Notes: a model not told the origin generated them from the sequence alone. Positions 15,299-25,324 are shown, numbered from the stretch's first letter. The stretch is 49,220 nucleotides of DNA from Pseudomonadota bacterium (GCA_039815145.1 JBCBZW010000030.1:1-49220); one strand, 5' to 3'. Made by a program: numbers and translations.

Positions 15299-17767
15299 CT
15301 ACTCCTGGGCGGCTGGCAGGGCGCCGCGCACGGTCACGGTCACCGTGTCCCCATTTCGCAGCGTGAGGCCCGTGGCCGCACAGTCGAAGGTGTTGTCGCC
15401 GGGCGCCGGCGTGATGAACTGCACTTCGCCGAGAACGTTGTTCTCACAGCGCACGATCACGTCGGTGGCGAGCTGCTCGAAGCTGCCCGAGAGGCCCGCG
15501 CCGAAGTTACGCCCGCGGCCCTGGATGCTGACTGTGTCGCCTGCACTGGCGGTGAGGCCCAGGGCTTCGCAGTCGATGGTCTCGCTGAGGCGCACATCGG
15601 CGAGCACGCCCGTCACCGTTTGCGGGTCCGTCAGGTTCTGGCAGGCGGCCGTGCGCGTGTCCATGCCGTCGAGGGTGAGGGAGATGCGCTCGGGCGAGGT
15701 GAACAGCGGCTCGGCGCTACCACGTACGATCACCGTGACGGGCACCTGATTGGGGGCGCTGAAGCCGCCGGCTTCGCAGTCCCAGGTGCCATCCGCCGCG
15801 ATGTCGACGGTGACTTCCTCCAGCGTGTCCTCGCGGCGGCAGACCACGTTGCCGCCGTCGGCGAGGCCGATCACGCTGCCGTTCAGCGCGGTGCCGAAGT
15901 TCGTGCCCTCACCCTGGAGGATCACCTGATCGCCGGGGGCGAAGGTGAGATCCAGGGCGGCGCAGTCGAAGGACTCGTCGAGGGCGAACTCGGGCAGGCC
16001 GACGGAGACCGTCTCACCGCTGTCCACGTTGCGGCACGCGCCGAGCGACAGGTTGAGGCCGATGATCTGGGTGCTGAGCTGCGGCGGCAGGCGGCCGAAG
16101 ATCACGTAGGCCTCGCCGTTGTCGTCGAAGCCCTCGTCCACGCCGCGGGCGCGGTTGGCGCCGATGGCGAGGTCGTCGATGCCGTCGCCGTTCACATCGC
16201 CGATGCCGATCGCCTGCACTTCGTCGAAGGCGTCGGCGGAGCTGGCCTGGAACACGGTGCCCGCCTCGCCGTTACCGCCGTTAGCGGCTAGTAGTGAAGT
16301 TAGGTCGACGACGGGCGCATAGCCGGACGCGGTGCCGTAGAGGAGGAACACGGAGCCGGGGAGGGTGCCAGCGCCCTCACGACGCGCGGCGATGATGAGG
16401 TCGTCGATGCCGTCGGCGTTGAGGTCGCCGGCCGCGCCTACGGCGTAGCCGGTGCCGTCGTCGGCGGTGTCCGTCTCGAACACGCTGCCGGCGCTGCCGT
16501 CGCCGGCGCGCAGGGAGGCGAGATCGAGTTCCGCACCGAAGCTGCCGGCCTGGCCGAGGATCAGGTAAGCGTTGCCCGCCTCGGTGATGCCGTTCGGGCT
16601 CGCCAGGGCGGCGCCGATCAGCAAGTCGGGGATGGTGTCGCCGTTCACGTCGCCGGCGCTGGCGGCGGCGACGCGGCTGAGGTCAGCGTCGACCTCGGGG
16701 TTGATGGCGAAGCCGATGCTGCCGTCACCGCCGTTCTCCGCGAGCAGGTCGGCGAGCAGGAGTTCGGCGCTGCCGTCACTATCGCCGTAGACCACGAAGG
16801 CGCGGCCGGCGGGAGCTTGAACCCCCGTTTCCGGCGTGCCGAGGACGATGTCGTCGAGGCCGTCGTCGTTGAGGTCGCCGATGCCCGCGACCGCGGCCGT
16901 GGGCGCCGTGATATCCGAGCGTGCGGGGCCGATGATCACCCGGCCCGCGGAACCGTCGCCGCCGTTGGCCGGGCGCAGGGCGCCGAGGTCGATGCCGGCG
17001 CCGAAGCCGCCGTCCACGCCGTACACCAGGAAGTACTCACCGGAGCAGAAGGTGACGTTGAAGTTGCAGTCGCCACCGGCACCGGCGCGCAGGATGAGGT
17101 CGTCGATGCCATCGCCGTTGGTGTCGCCAGCGCCGGCGACGGTGTCGCCGAGGCGCAGATCCGGCTCGCCGGCGACCAGCAGGACGCTGCCGAGGGTGCC
17201 GTCGCCGCCGTTGGCCGCGCGCAGTTCCTCCGGCGAGATGGTGGCCGGGAAGCCGGTGGTCTGGCCGTAGAGCACGTAGGTCTCGGCCAGGGAGATGGAG
17301 GACCAGATCATGTCGTCGACGCCGTCGTTGTTGACGTCACCGGCCCCTGCGATGCGCAAGCGATCGGTGTCGATCAGCACGAAGCCGGCGGAGCCGTCGC
17401 CGCCTTCGGCCGGATCCAGCGTGTCCAGGCGCAGGGTGGCGGGGAAGCCATTGCTGTCGCCGAATACGACATAAGCGCGGTTGACGCCGGAGTCGCTGAC
17501 GGCGAAGTCCGGCAAGCCGTCGTTGTTGAGATCCCCGACGTTCGCGACGAAGCTGCCGAGGCGGCTGAACACCTCTTGTTCGTCGCTGAAGAGCGTGAAG
17601 CCAGCGTTGCCGTCGTTACCGGCGCTTTCGCGCAGCAGGTCTACCTCGACTTCAGCAGGAAAGTTGGCCGCCTGAGCGCTCACGCTGAGGCCGATCACGG
17701 CCGCAAGCGCGGTTCGACGGGGCATCCACTGGGCGAAATCCGGTTTCATCTCCACTGAGCTCTCCAT
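15299..17767 (-). CDS. large secreted FG-GAP repeat (integrin-alpha-like beta-propeller) protein with C-terminal tandem Cys-containing domains
   Basis: ORF 15299..18151. ATG at 17767 (or 17749) gives the signal peptide MKPDFAQWMPRRTALAAVIGLSVSAQA. At least 7 FG-GAP/Ca-binding repeats are present (GDLNNDGLPDF, GDVNNDGVDDM, GDTNGDGIDDL, GDLNDDGLDDI, GDVNGDTIPDL, GDLNADGIDDL, GDVNGDGIDDL). Three C-terminal repeats of about 90 aa follow, of the form C..N..G.TV...DC.A.GLT...GD.V...G.G.NFG. Confidence 0.85.
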   Translation of the reverse strand: MESSVEMKPDFAQWMPRRTALAAVIGLSVSAQAANFPAEVEVDLLRESAGNDGNAGFTLFSDEQEVFSRLGSFVANVGDLNNDGLPDFAVSDSGVNRAYVVFGDSNGFPATLRLDTLDPAEGGDGSAGFVLIDTDRLRIAGAGDVNNDGVDDMIWSSISLAETYVLYGQTTGFPATISPEELRAANGGDGTLGSVLLVAGEPDLRLGDTVAGAGDTNGDGIDDLILRAGAGGDCNFNVTFCSGEYFLVYGVDGGFGAGIDLGALRPANGGDGSAGRVIIGPARSDITAPTAAVAGIGDLNDDGLDDIVLGTPETGVQAPAGRAFVVYGDSDGSAELLLADLLAENGGDGSIGFAINPEVDADLSRVAAASAGDVNGDTIPDLLIGAALASPNGITEAGNAYLILGQAGSFGAELDLASLRAGDGSAGSVFETDTADDGTGYAVGAAGDLNADGIDDLIIAARREGAGTLPGSVFLLYGTASGYAPVVDLTSLLAANGGNGEAGTVFQASSADAFDEVQAIGIGDVNGDGIDDLAIGANRARGVDEGFDDNGEAYVIFGRLPPQLSTQIIGLNLSLGACRNVDSGETVSVGLPEFALDESFDCAALDLTFAPGDQVILQGEGTNFGTALNGSVIGLADGGNVVCRREDTLEEVTVDIAADGTWDCEAGGFSAPNQVPVTVIVRGSAEPLFTSPERISLTLDGMDTRTAACQNLTDPQTVTGVLADVRLSETIDCEALGLTASAGDTVSIQGRGRNFGAGLSGSFEQLATDVIVRCENNVLGEVQFITPAPGDNTFDCAATGLTLRNGDTVTVTVRGALPAAQE

Positions 17768-18048
17768 AGCTTGGATCTTTTGGGGGCGCAGAGGATAACA
17801 GCCGTGACGCCTAGCGCCCACGCTCGTCGAGGGGGCGGCGTGAGCAACGGCGTGCGCAGTGAGGAGAACCCTCAGGCGAGACGTGTTTTTCGGCGACGAT
17901 GATGCACGCTCGCGACCTCGCCGGTGAATGTCGAAGGACCTTACACGAGCGCGATGACGGCCCGCTCCGCCATTGAACCCGTGCTGTGCGCGGCCGTGCC
18001 CAACCTTATGCCCGCCAGCGAAATGACCGGACAGGTGCGCGTAGCAGC

Positions 18049-19116
18049 TCAGGGTAGCAGGGGCTCGAGGCGATCGCCCATCGTGCCCGTGGCTAACACA
18101 TCGCTCAGTTCGTCGGCCATGGCGCGGCAACGATCCACCGCCACACGCCAATGGCGTTCGCGCTCGGCGGGCGGGTAGGTGGTGAAGTCCTTGCGATCGG
18201 GGATCTTGCCGTTCGGCAACGTCGCCACGAACGCCGCTGAAGGGCTGATGAGCAGCGTGTTGTGAACGTGTGCCGCCTGCGCGCGGCGGTGGGTCAGACG
18301 CTTGTCGAACCAGCCGGGCACGATGCGGTCGATGAAGTGGAAGTAGAGCGCCAGGCGACCGTCGGGCGGGCTCTGGGGCAGATCCAGGTGGTAGTCGATC
18401 ACGCCGCCGTCGCGGTACATGCCGGGCGGTGCCCCGGGGATATCGCGCACGCCGTTCAACAACATCGGAATCGAGCCGGTGGCAGCGACCGCAGGCCGCA
18501 CGTTGGCGCTGGACAGAGGCACCGTGTGCAGCGGGAAGCCCTTCGCGTCGGCAAAGGGGCTAGGGTCGCGCGGGTCACTGAACAGCGCGCGCTCGAAGAA
18601 GGCGCCCAGGCTGCGGCGACTCAGTAGATTGCTTAGGGCGGCCGCCCCGAGGGCGGGGCCGAGCACGGCAGCACCTTCCGTCGCCGTCAGGTGACGGCTC
18701 CGCACGCACATGATGTTGGTGCGCAGGACAGGATGTTCGAGGATCTCGCCGACCCCCTGGTGGCCGAAGAGGGTGTCGAGGATGTCGTGGCTGCGGGCGG
18801 TGATCTCGTCGCTGTCCGGGCGCTCGGAGTAGGTCTGTGCGAGGTAGGCGGCTTCGAAGCGGTCGATCGCGGCCAGGGGGTCGGCTTGGCCCAAGCAGGC
18901 AAAGCGCCAGGCGCCGATGGACGAGCCGAGGGTGAACACGGGCGCTACCAGGTGCGGCAGGATCTCGCGCGCGAACACCCGATCGAGTTGGCTGAGCACG
19001 AGCCACTTCGCCCCGCCCGATGCGCCCAGCAGGGAGCCGATCCGGGCCGGCGAGAATCCCGCTTCGCGAATCGTGCGCATGGCGCCGGGGCCGGCGCGAA
19101 AGCTGAGCGTTTGCAT
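18049..19116 (-). CDS. patatin-like phospholipase family protein
   Basis: ORF 18049..19146; ATG at 19116. Gly-rich motif GASGGAKW, GxSxG serine motif GSSIGAW, and the catalytic Asp motif DGGVIDY. Confidence 0.75.
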   Translation of the reverse strand: MQTLSFRAGPGAMRTIREAGFSPARIGSLLGASGGAKWLVLSQLDRVFAREILPHLVAPVFTLGSSIGAWRFACLGQADPLAAIDRFEAAYLAQTYSERPDSDEITARSHDILDTLFGHQGVGEILEHPVLRTNIMCVRSRHLTATEGAAVLGPALGAAALSNLLSRRSLGAFFERALFSDPRDPSPFADAKGFPLHTVPLSSANVRPAVAATGSIPMLLNGVRDIPGAPPGMYRDGGVIDYHLDLPQSPPDGRLALYFHFIDRIVPGWFDKRLTHRRAQAAHVHNTLLISPSAAFVATLPNGKIPDRKDFTTYPPAERERHWRVAVDRCRAMADELSDVLATGTMGDRLEPLLP

Positions 19117-19204
19117 GGGCCGCGATTCTACGCGCCGGCGCGCCACGGGGGGCGCGAGGGTGGCAGGGCTTGGTCGGCGAGCGTGTGCCTGTCACCATCG
19201 ATGG

Positions 19205-19954
19205 ATGAACAGCACCGTCCACGAGCACGAGCCTGGCGCCTGGTTTCGCGGGCTGCGAGCACTCACCGATGCGCTGACGGTGGGGTTTCCTGGCCGGCGG
19301 ATCTTCAAGATGGCGTGGGTCATCAACCTGCAGAAGGGCGGCACCTTGCCCTTCACCCTGGCCTTGATGGCGTGGTTTGACAACGACTCCGTGGCCGCCT
19401 GGACCTACGCGGGGCTGCACGGCAGCTACGGCGTCATCTGGTTGCTCAAGGACCGCTACTTTCCCGACATCGCGTGGGAGCGCCGGGTGAGCCTCGGCGG
19501 CGCCCTGATGATGCTGCTCACCGTGCTCATGCCTTACTGGTTGGCGCCCTACCTCCTCATCGCCGACGGCCTGGGCCGACAGCCCGCCGCCGCGATGCTC
19601 GGCACCGCCGTGTTCGTTTACGCCATTGGCGTGGTGCTGATGATGGGCGCCGACGCTCAGAAGTACTTCACCCTGCGCCATCGCGCCGGCTTGATCACCG
19701 ACGGCTTCTTCACCCACGTGCGACACCCGAACTACCTGGGCGAGATGTTGTTGTACGCAAGCTTCGCCCTGGTGGCGGGGCATTGGCTCCCGTGGCTCGT
19801 GCTGGCCTGGGTGTGGGGTGCCTTGTTCGCGACCAACATCGCGTACAAGGAGGCACGCATGGCGCGCCACCCGGAGTGGGCGGCATACCGTGCGCGCACG
19901 GGATTGCTGTTACCCCGGTGGCTTGGCAAACGGTCAGCGCCCTCCGATGCCTAG
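19205..19954 (+). CDS. DUF1295 / ICMT-PEMT-like membrane protein (methyltransferase or reductase fold)
   Basis: ORF 18917..19954; ATG at 19205 verified in frame. Multi-TM protein. The C-terminal motif THVRHPNYLGE is typical of the ICMT / PEMT / DUF1295 family. Confidence 0.7.
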   Translation: MNSTVHEHEPGAWFRGLRALTDALTVGFPGRRIFKMAWVINLQKGGTLPFTLALMAWFDNDSVAAWTYAGLHGSYGVIWLLKDRYFPDIAWERRVSLGGALMMLLTVLMPYWLAPYLLIADGLGRQPAAAMLGTAVFVYAIGVVLMMGADAQKYFTLRHRAGLITDGFFTHVRHPNYLGEMLLYASFALVAGHWLPWLVLAWVWGALFATNIAYKEARMARHPEWAAYRARTGLLLPRWLGKRSAPSDA

Positions 19955-20146
19955 CCCAACAGCTTGACAGAACGCTGATTTGCCGCATGATTCGCCCTTG
20001 ATTCGGGGGCGCGCCGGGCCTATTTCAGGTCGCGTCGAATCCGCGCGCCGCTGAGTGCTGGCGCAGAGGACCTACGCCGCATCTTCTGGCGTCGAGATCC
20101 CGTAGCGTGTCGTCCCATCGCCTCATCTGCGCTTCCAGGAGCGTCC

Positions 20147-21055
20147 ATGCTTGGAACCGTCCGCGTACTGATCGTCTCAACGCTCACCGCCCTGTGTTGC
20201 CTCGCAAGCGTTGCCCACGGCGCCTACCCTGAGCTGCGCCAGGCGGTGGACGGAGAGTTGCAACGATCTCTCGAGGGACACATCGATCGCTTGGGACTGC
20301 GCCGCGCCGTACGCGATCGGCGCCTGGCGGCGACCTTGGTGGACATCACGGACATCGCCCACCCGCGTCTCGCGCAAGTAAACGGCGATGCCATGATGTA
20401 CGCGGCGAGCCTGCCCAAGATCACGATTCTGCTGGCCGCATTCCAACGCATCCACGACGGTTCCCTCGCGCTGGAGGACCCCCTGCGCGAACACCTCACG
20501 GCGATGATTCGCCACTCGTCCAACGCGTCTGCGCGTGAAGCGCTGGAGATCGTCGGCCGGGACTACGTGTTGAAGCTGCTGCAGTCGGAGCGCTATCACT
20601 TCTATGAGGCGAACGAGGGAGGCGGCTTGTGGCTCGGTAAAAGCTACGGTAAGGAACCCGCCTTCAAGCGCGACCCGCTGCACAACATCTCCCACGGTGC
20701 TACCAGCCATCAGGTGGCGCGCTTCTACTACCTCCTCGCCACCGATCGTCTGGTCGATCGCGATGCGTGCGAGGCGATGCGCGAGATCCTCGGCGAGCCG
20801 GGCCTCGGCCACAAGTTCGTCGGCGCCCTGAACGCGGCCCATCCGGGCTCTACGTTCCTGCGCAAATCCGGCACCTGGCGCACCTACCATTCCGACAGCG
20901 CCATCATCGAGCGCGACGGTCGCCGCTATATCGCCGTGGTGCTGGCCAACGATCCGCGCGGTGCCGACTGGCTGGCCAAGCTCGTGCTCGCCATGGACGA
21001 CCTGGTGATGGCGCCCACCACGCTCACCGCCGAGGCGAGTCTCGACGCCGAGTGA
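20147..21055 (+). CDS. class A beta-lactamase-fold serine hydrolase, secreted
   Basis: Signal peptide. S-x-x-K (ASLPK), S-x-N (SSN) and K-S/T-G (KSG) motifs are present. Confidence 0.75.
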   Translation: MLGTVRVLIVSTLTALCCLASVAHGAYPELRQAVDGELQRSLEGHIDRLGLRRAVRDRRLAATLVDITDIAHPRLAQVNGDAMMYAASLPKITILLAAFQRIHDGSLALEDPLREHLTAMIRHSSNASAREALEIVGRDYVLKLLQSERYHFYEANEGGGLWLGKSYGKEPAFKRDPLHNISHGATSHQVARFYYLLATDRLVDRDACEAMREILGEPGLGHKFVGALNAAHPGSTFLRKSGTWRTYHSDSAIIERDGRRYIAVVLANDPRGADWLAKLVLAMDDLVMAPTTLTAEASLDAE

Positions 21056-21068
21056 ATGCCCTGCGCCA

Positions 21069-22379
21069 CTAGCGCGTAGCGGCGGCGTCCTCAGCTCCTG
21101 CAGTATCCAGCTCATCCGCCGCGTGGGCTGCCTCGATCATGCGATGCACGCGCAAGGCGAAGGTCTGATGGGCCACCGCCGAGTTCACCTTCAGCACGTT
21201 GGACACGACCGCCACCAGATAGCGGTACGTCGGCGCGCCCGCCGGCGACTCCACGATGGCGATGCTGGCCAGGATGTTGCGCCGGTTGCCCTTGTACTTG
21301 CCACAGGTGAACCCTTCCTCCTCTTGGCACGAGTACAGAGAGCCCGACTTGAAGTAGACCGCTGCCTCGTTCAGGGCGGGGTGGGAGGCGTAGCGGATCC
21401 GCTTCTGGGTCATGTAGAGGAGGCGCTTGATCTCGCGGCTGGAGAAGGCATCGACGAGCGTGCCCGCCTCGAGCTTCAGCAGCAGCTTGGCGAGTTCGTG
21501 CGGGGTGCCGTAGCTGGTGATGCCGCCGATGCGGTTCTTGCCGTGACGGGTGAAGAAGCTGCCCTGGCGCAGCTGCTCCGTGTCGATGCCGTTGCGTTCC
21601 AGGGGCGCCGACATGGCCGCCAGGAACTGGTCTTGCAGCTCACGCGTGTTGAAGCCTTCGAAGTAGGCCGCGCGCGCGTCATCGCTCGGCGGGTAGTCCG
21701 CGCCGAAGTGCGCCAGGAGCATCAACTCACGCTGCACCATGGCCGCGGCCGCATTCGAGCTGGCCGACAGCATCCAGTCGAGATACTCCCACAGGCTGCC
21801 CTCGTCGCCGACGCGCAGGGCGCGGTATTCGAGGCCTCGGGAGGCCACATCGAAGATGGGCACCTCGTGGTGGTCGTAGTTGATGAATTCATCAGCCACG
21901 ATGTGCGTCTCGCGCAGTAGTTGCTCGCGGGCGGCGATGTCGTTCGGGTAGAGGTCGGCCAGTTCTTGAAAGAACGCCACCGCCACGAGGCTCTTGCCCA
22001 CGCTGCCGACGTTGCTGCGAAAGCCCGCGTTGTGTTCAGCGATGCGCGGTGCCTCGGGGTCGGTCAGGTCGATGACGGTGACGCCGTAGCGCGAGGCGTC
22101 TTCCAGTACGGAACGGATGCGTTGCTCGTAGGCCTCGTCGCGGGTGAAGGTGTCGAGGTCCGTCGAGCCTTCCCAAGCGGGGGCGATGTCCTCCAGGGCG
22201 GCTTGGGCGCCGGGGGGGAGCTGGCGTCCGCGCAGTTCGCCCCGCTGGGCTAGGCGGTAGTACTCGAGGCGACGAATCTGCGTGTAGTCGTAGCCGTCGA
22301 GGGGGTAGGCGTGGACGAGGCTCGAGGCGGCGGCGAGGCCTAGGAGACACACGCGCAGGGCGGAAGTGGACGTCGTCAT
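21069..22379 (-). CDS. beta-lactamase-fold serine hydrolase (436 aa, secreted)
   Basis: Signal peptide MTTSTSALRVCLLGLAAASSLVHA. SVGKS (SxxK), SASSN and KSGS motifs are present. Its start overlaps the stop of the upstream 982-aa gene (ATGA), so the two are co-transcribed. Confidence 0.75.
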   Translation of the reverse strand: MTTSTSALRVCLLGLAAASSLVHAYPLDGYDYTQIRRLEYYRLAQRGELRGRQLPPGAQAALEDIAPAWEGSTDLDTFTRDEAYEQRIRSVLEDASRYGVTVIDLTDPEAPRIAEHNAGFRSNVGSVGKSLVAVAFFQELADLYPNDIAAREQLLRETHIVADEFINYDHHEVPIFDVASRGLEYRALRVGDEGSLWEYLDWMLSASSNAAAAMVQRELMLLAHFGADYPPSDDARAAYFEGFNTRELQDQFLAAMSAPLERNGIDTEQLRQGSFFTRHGKNRIGGITSYGTPHELAKLLLKLEAGTLVDAFSSREIKRLLYMTQKRIRYASHPALNEAAVYFKSGSLYSCQEEEGFTCGKYKGNRRNILASIAIVESPAGAPTYRYLVAVVSNVLKVNSAVAHQTFALRVHRMIEAAHAADELDTAGAEDAAATR

Positions 22380-25324
22380 CGGCTCGCCCCTCCCGAGGCC
22401 TGGATCGAAAGTGGTGGTAGTGCGAGATCGATCGGGCGATCGGCGGTCTCGAGGTAGGGCGCGTCGAGTTTGCTCAAGAATTCGTTCGCCTGGGCGGCCT
22501 CGTTCTCGAGGAACGGGCGAATCTGGAACAGCACGAGCTCATCGCCAGAAAAGCCGAACTCCACGTCGGCGATCGTGCCCGGTTGCTCGAACCAGTCGCT
22601 CAGGGCGTCGGAGAAGCGCTGCAGCGCCCGTAGGCGCGCCGGCGTGAGCAGCCGCTCCGGTGCCTGCGCGGCCACGATGCTGGAGCCGCCGCCCCCCAGC
22701 AGCACACGGCGCCGCGGATCGGTGGCCGAGGCGCGCCAGCGCAAGCTCCCATCGAGGCCCACGATGGCGGTCTCCGCGCGCTGACCCTCGACGCCGCCAC
22801 CTACGCCCTCGTTGAGCACGACGGTGAGGGTGCCTGGCTGATCGCGCTCGATATCTGTGGTGACGAGCACCCCGGACACGTCGGCGTTGACGCTTTGGTG
22901 CAGCAGCACGGCGGCGTAGACGTGCTCCGGTTTGTCCATCAGCGCCTGGCGCCAGCCGAAGGCGCGCTCGCTGAAGGGCGACGCCCAGACCCGGCGGATC
23001 GCGGCCAGGATGGCGTCGAAGCCAACGACGTTCGGCACCGTGAGGTTGAGCCCGGCGCCGGTAAAGCCCGGGAGGTCCTCCACGTTGGTGTCGCTGCGCA
23101 CGAACACGCCGTAGGTGCCGTCCGGGCCGAAATGGCGTGTCATCGCTTCGCGCAGGGACTCGACGAAGGCGGGGTCCAGCTCCACCGTCTGCAGCCACGC
23201 GCGCATCTCGCCGAGGAACTGATTCCGGTAGCGAAGGCGCTGCGGACCCGCAGGGTAGGTGTCGAGCTCCGCGTAGCGCGCGCGCAGCCACTCGAAGGCG
23301 CTGAGGCCGCTGTCGCCGAAGGGGCGGTCGAGGAGCTGGCGAAAGCTGCCGAAGGGCAGGGCGAGGGCGGGGGAGACACGGCCCTCGAAGCGCTGACTCA
23401 GGCGCCCTAGCTGGGCCGCCTTGGGGCCGACGCGAACACCGGAGTCGTCGCCGTCGAGGCTCCCGACTGGCAGGGGCGTAGCGGTTTGCAGATCCAGGCG
23501 ATCGACGTCGACGACGATACGAATGCCACCGCTAGGTGAGTCCGATCCCTCATCGCGAAACAAGTGCGCGTAGCGCTCGGCGTCATCATCGATCAGCACG
23601 GTGCCGCGCGGGCTCCCCGCCAGCACGATCGGCTGGTCCTTGCGGCGCTCCAGCGCGCTCAACCACTCCTCGCCCACGACGATGTTCGGAATGCCCAGAT
23701 TGCGCGCCAGCAGCTGCACGTGGGAGAGCTGGTTGCCCTCGCGCTCGGTCAGGATGCCAGCCACCGGCGGCAGCTCTGCCAGGGTCTCGGGCACGGTGAC
23801 GATCCAGCCTCGCGTGTCCTCCTCCGTGCCTTCGAGCTCCTCCGCTGCCTTCAGCACACCCCGGGCGACGCCGGGGTTCAGGCTGCGCAGGCCGCTCGCG
23901 GCGACGGCGCCGAACACCACGTGTTCCACACCGCTCGCCAGCTGCGCGTCACGGGCCAGGGGTTCGAGCAGGGCCGAGTACTGCAGCACGGGGCTCGCCC
24001 GCAGGCGATCGGGGACGAACTCACGGGCGAGCGGCTCGACGGCCGCGAAGCGCGCCACCGTGGGGCCGTAGTACAGCTCGAGGCGCTGGCTCCCCCAGGT
24101 GGGGACGAGCTCGAGGGTTTGCAGATGGTTTCGATAGGTGCCGAGGGTGACGCTGGGCGTGGAGAGGGCCGCCAGGGCCTGCGTGACTGCGTCGAATTCC
24201 GTTCGTGTGAGCAGGCCGAGCGCCTGCAGGGCGCGGCTCAGGCTGGCGATGGCGCTCAGGCGCGCGCGGCGGCTGTGGGCCGGATCCTGGAGGAACGTGC
24301 GCAGGCTATTGCCGAGGAGGTTCTCCAACACCAGCATGGCGTCCAGGGTGCGCAGGCGATCGATCGGTTCGAGCGACGGCCAACGCGTTCGCAAGTTCTG
24401 TAGGTGCTTGGCCAGCACGTCGATGCGCTCGGCAGCGGATCGCTCGTCGAGCTCGCCACTGGCGGCGTGCAGTTGTGCGCTCAGAGTGCTATCGCCCCGC
24501 GCGGTGGCGAGGGCGGTGAGGCGCTCGACGCCGCGTGCGCTGTTGGTCGCCTCATCGATCAGCGTGGCCAGGCGCTCGAGGTCGGCGAGGGTCTGCGCCG
24601 AGGCGGGTTGGTGCGCTGCGTAGGCGCGTACGCGCTCGGCATCGTCGTCACCCAAGCGCCCGTGGATCTTGTTGCGCAGGGGGCGAAAGCCATCGTCGCG
24701 GTTGTTGATCTGGGTGGCGAGCTGGCGAATCTCGCCTACCGCCCCGTCTCGCCCCGTTCGCGGTAACACTCGGGCGGCGTCGAGCAACACGGCGAAGCGG
24801 TGCTCACCCTCACCCATCAATCCCAGCAGCAAGGTCTGCGCCGCCTGCTCTTCCTGCTCGGCCTGGAAGGCACCGCGGTAGAAGCGCGCGCGTCGCAGGA
24901 TCCAGCCATCGTCGACGGCGATCAGAAATTGCTCGACGAGCACGCTCTCCAATACACTGCCGAGGCGGTCGCGGTATCGCGCGGCCGTCGGCTCGATCTC
25001 CACCAGGAAGTTGGCAATCAAGATGCCTGCGTCACGGATTTCGCGGGTGCGCTCGCTCCACTGCCCATGCTGGCGTCCACCCCCGTGCTCGCGGCAGGCG
25101 TAGGGGCGGGGCGGCAGCACCGCGCCGTCTTCGCAAAACCATCGAATGCGCTCGAAGGGTCCGCGCTCTGCGCCCTTCATCTCCTCGATCCAGCCCGCGT
25201 AGGCGACGAGGCGAGCATCCTTGGGCTCGGTCGTAGCGGCCGCGCTGGCCGGCGAGGCCAGCAGCAGCGCCGACGCTGCGCAGGCGCCGAGGTGCGTCGC
25301 CAGCCGGCGAACACGTTCGTTCAT
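22376..25324 (-). CDS. large protein with signal peptide, PEP-utilising-enzyme mobile (His swivel) domain and C-terminal PPDK_N-type ATP-grasp nucleotide-binding domain
   Basis: 982 aa. ATG at 25324 with AGGAG 7 nt upstream. N-terminus MNERVRRLATHLGACAASALLLASPASAAATTEP is Sec-signal-like. The mid region TEREGNQLSHVQLLARNLGIPNIVVG matches the PEP-utilising mobile-domain His motif (GGRTSHAAIIARELGIP). The C-terminal FVRSDTNVEDLPGFTGAGLNLTV ... VWASPFSERAFGWRQ ... SGVLVT ... NEGVGGGVEG matches the PPDK_N/PEP-synthase ATP-binding signature (VRSSATAEDLPDASFAGQQ). The N-terminal approximately 500 aa are unassigned. Confidence 0.8.
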   Translation of the reverse strand: MNERVRRLATHLGACAASALLLASPASAAATTEPKDARLVAYAGWIEEMKGAERGPFERIRWFCEDGAVLPPRPYACREHGGGRQHGQWSERTREIRDAGILIANFLVEIEPTAARYRDRLGSVLESVLVEQFLIAVDDGWILRRARFYRGAFQAEQEEQAAQTLLLGLMGEGEHRFAVLLDAARVLPRTGRDGAVGEIRQLATQINNRDDGFRPLRNKIHGRLGDDDAERVRAYAAHQPASAQTLADLERLATLIDEATNSARGVERLTALATARGDSTLSAQLHAASGELDERSAAERIDVLAKHLQNLRTRWPSLEPIDRLRTLDAMLVLENLLGNSLRTFLQDPAHSRRARLSAIASLSRALQALGLLTRTEFDAVTQALAALSTPSVTLGTYRNHLQTLELVPTWGSQRLELYYGPTVARFAAVEPLAREFVPDRLRASPVLQYSALLEPLARDAQLASGVEHVVFGAVAASGLRSLNPGVARGVLKAAEELEGTEEDTRGWIVTVPETLAELPPVAGILTEREGNQLSHVQLLARNLGIPNIVVGEEWLSALERRKDQPIVLAGSPRGTVLIDDDAERYAHLFRDEGSDSPSGGIRIVVDVDRLDLQTATPLPVGSLDGDDSGVRVGPKAAQLGRLSQRFEGRVSPALALPFGSFRQLLDRPFGDSGLSAFEWLRARYAELDTYPAGPQRLRYRNQFLGEMRAWLQTVELDPAFVESLREAMTRHFGPDGTYGVFVRSDTNVEDLPGFTGAGLNLTVPNVVGFDAILAAIRRVWASPFSERAFGWRQALMDKPEHVYAAVLLHQSVNADVSGVLVTTDIERDQPGTLTVVLNEGVGGGVEGQRAETAIVGLDGSLRWRASATDPRRRVLLGGGGSSIVAAQAPERLLTPARLRALQRFSDALSDWFEQPGTIADVEFGFSGDELVLFQIRPFLENEAAQANEFLSKLDAPYLETADRPIDLALPPLSIQASGGASR

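Noticed and set aside
15227-17758. Plus-strand ORFs (354 aa and 313 aa) inside the FG-GAP gene
   Set aside because: They are antisense to a gene with unmistakable FG-GAP repeats. The translations are Ala/Gly/Val/Asp-rich mirror artefacts.
17768-18151. 128-aa N-terminal extension of the FG-GAP ORF
   Set aside because: The extension is not protein-like (His/Gly/Arg-rich). A signal peptide begins immediately after the internal Met.
18575-19870. 431-aa minus-strand ORF spanning the patatin / DUF1295 divergent region
   Set aside because: It overlaps two supported genes on both strands. The translation is Arg/Pro/Gly-rich.
20177-21920. ORFs 20177..21115(-) and 21123..21920(+), antisense to the two beta-lactamase-fold genes
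   Set aside because: The sense strands carry clear SxxK/SxN/KTG motifs. The antisense translations are low-complexity.
22539-24403. Several ORFs of 250-280 aa antisense to the 982-aa PEP-utilising gene
   Set aside because: GC artefacts. The sense gene has two recognisable domains.
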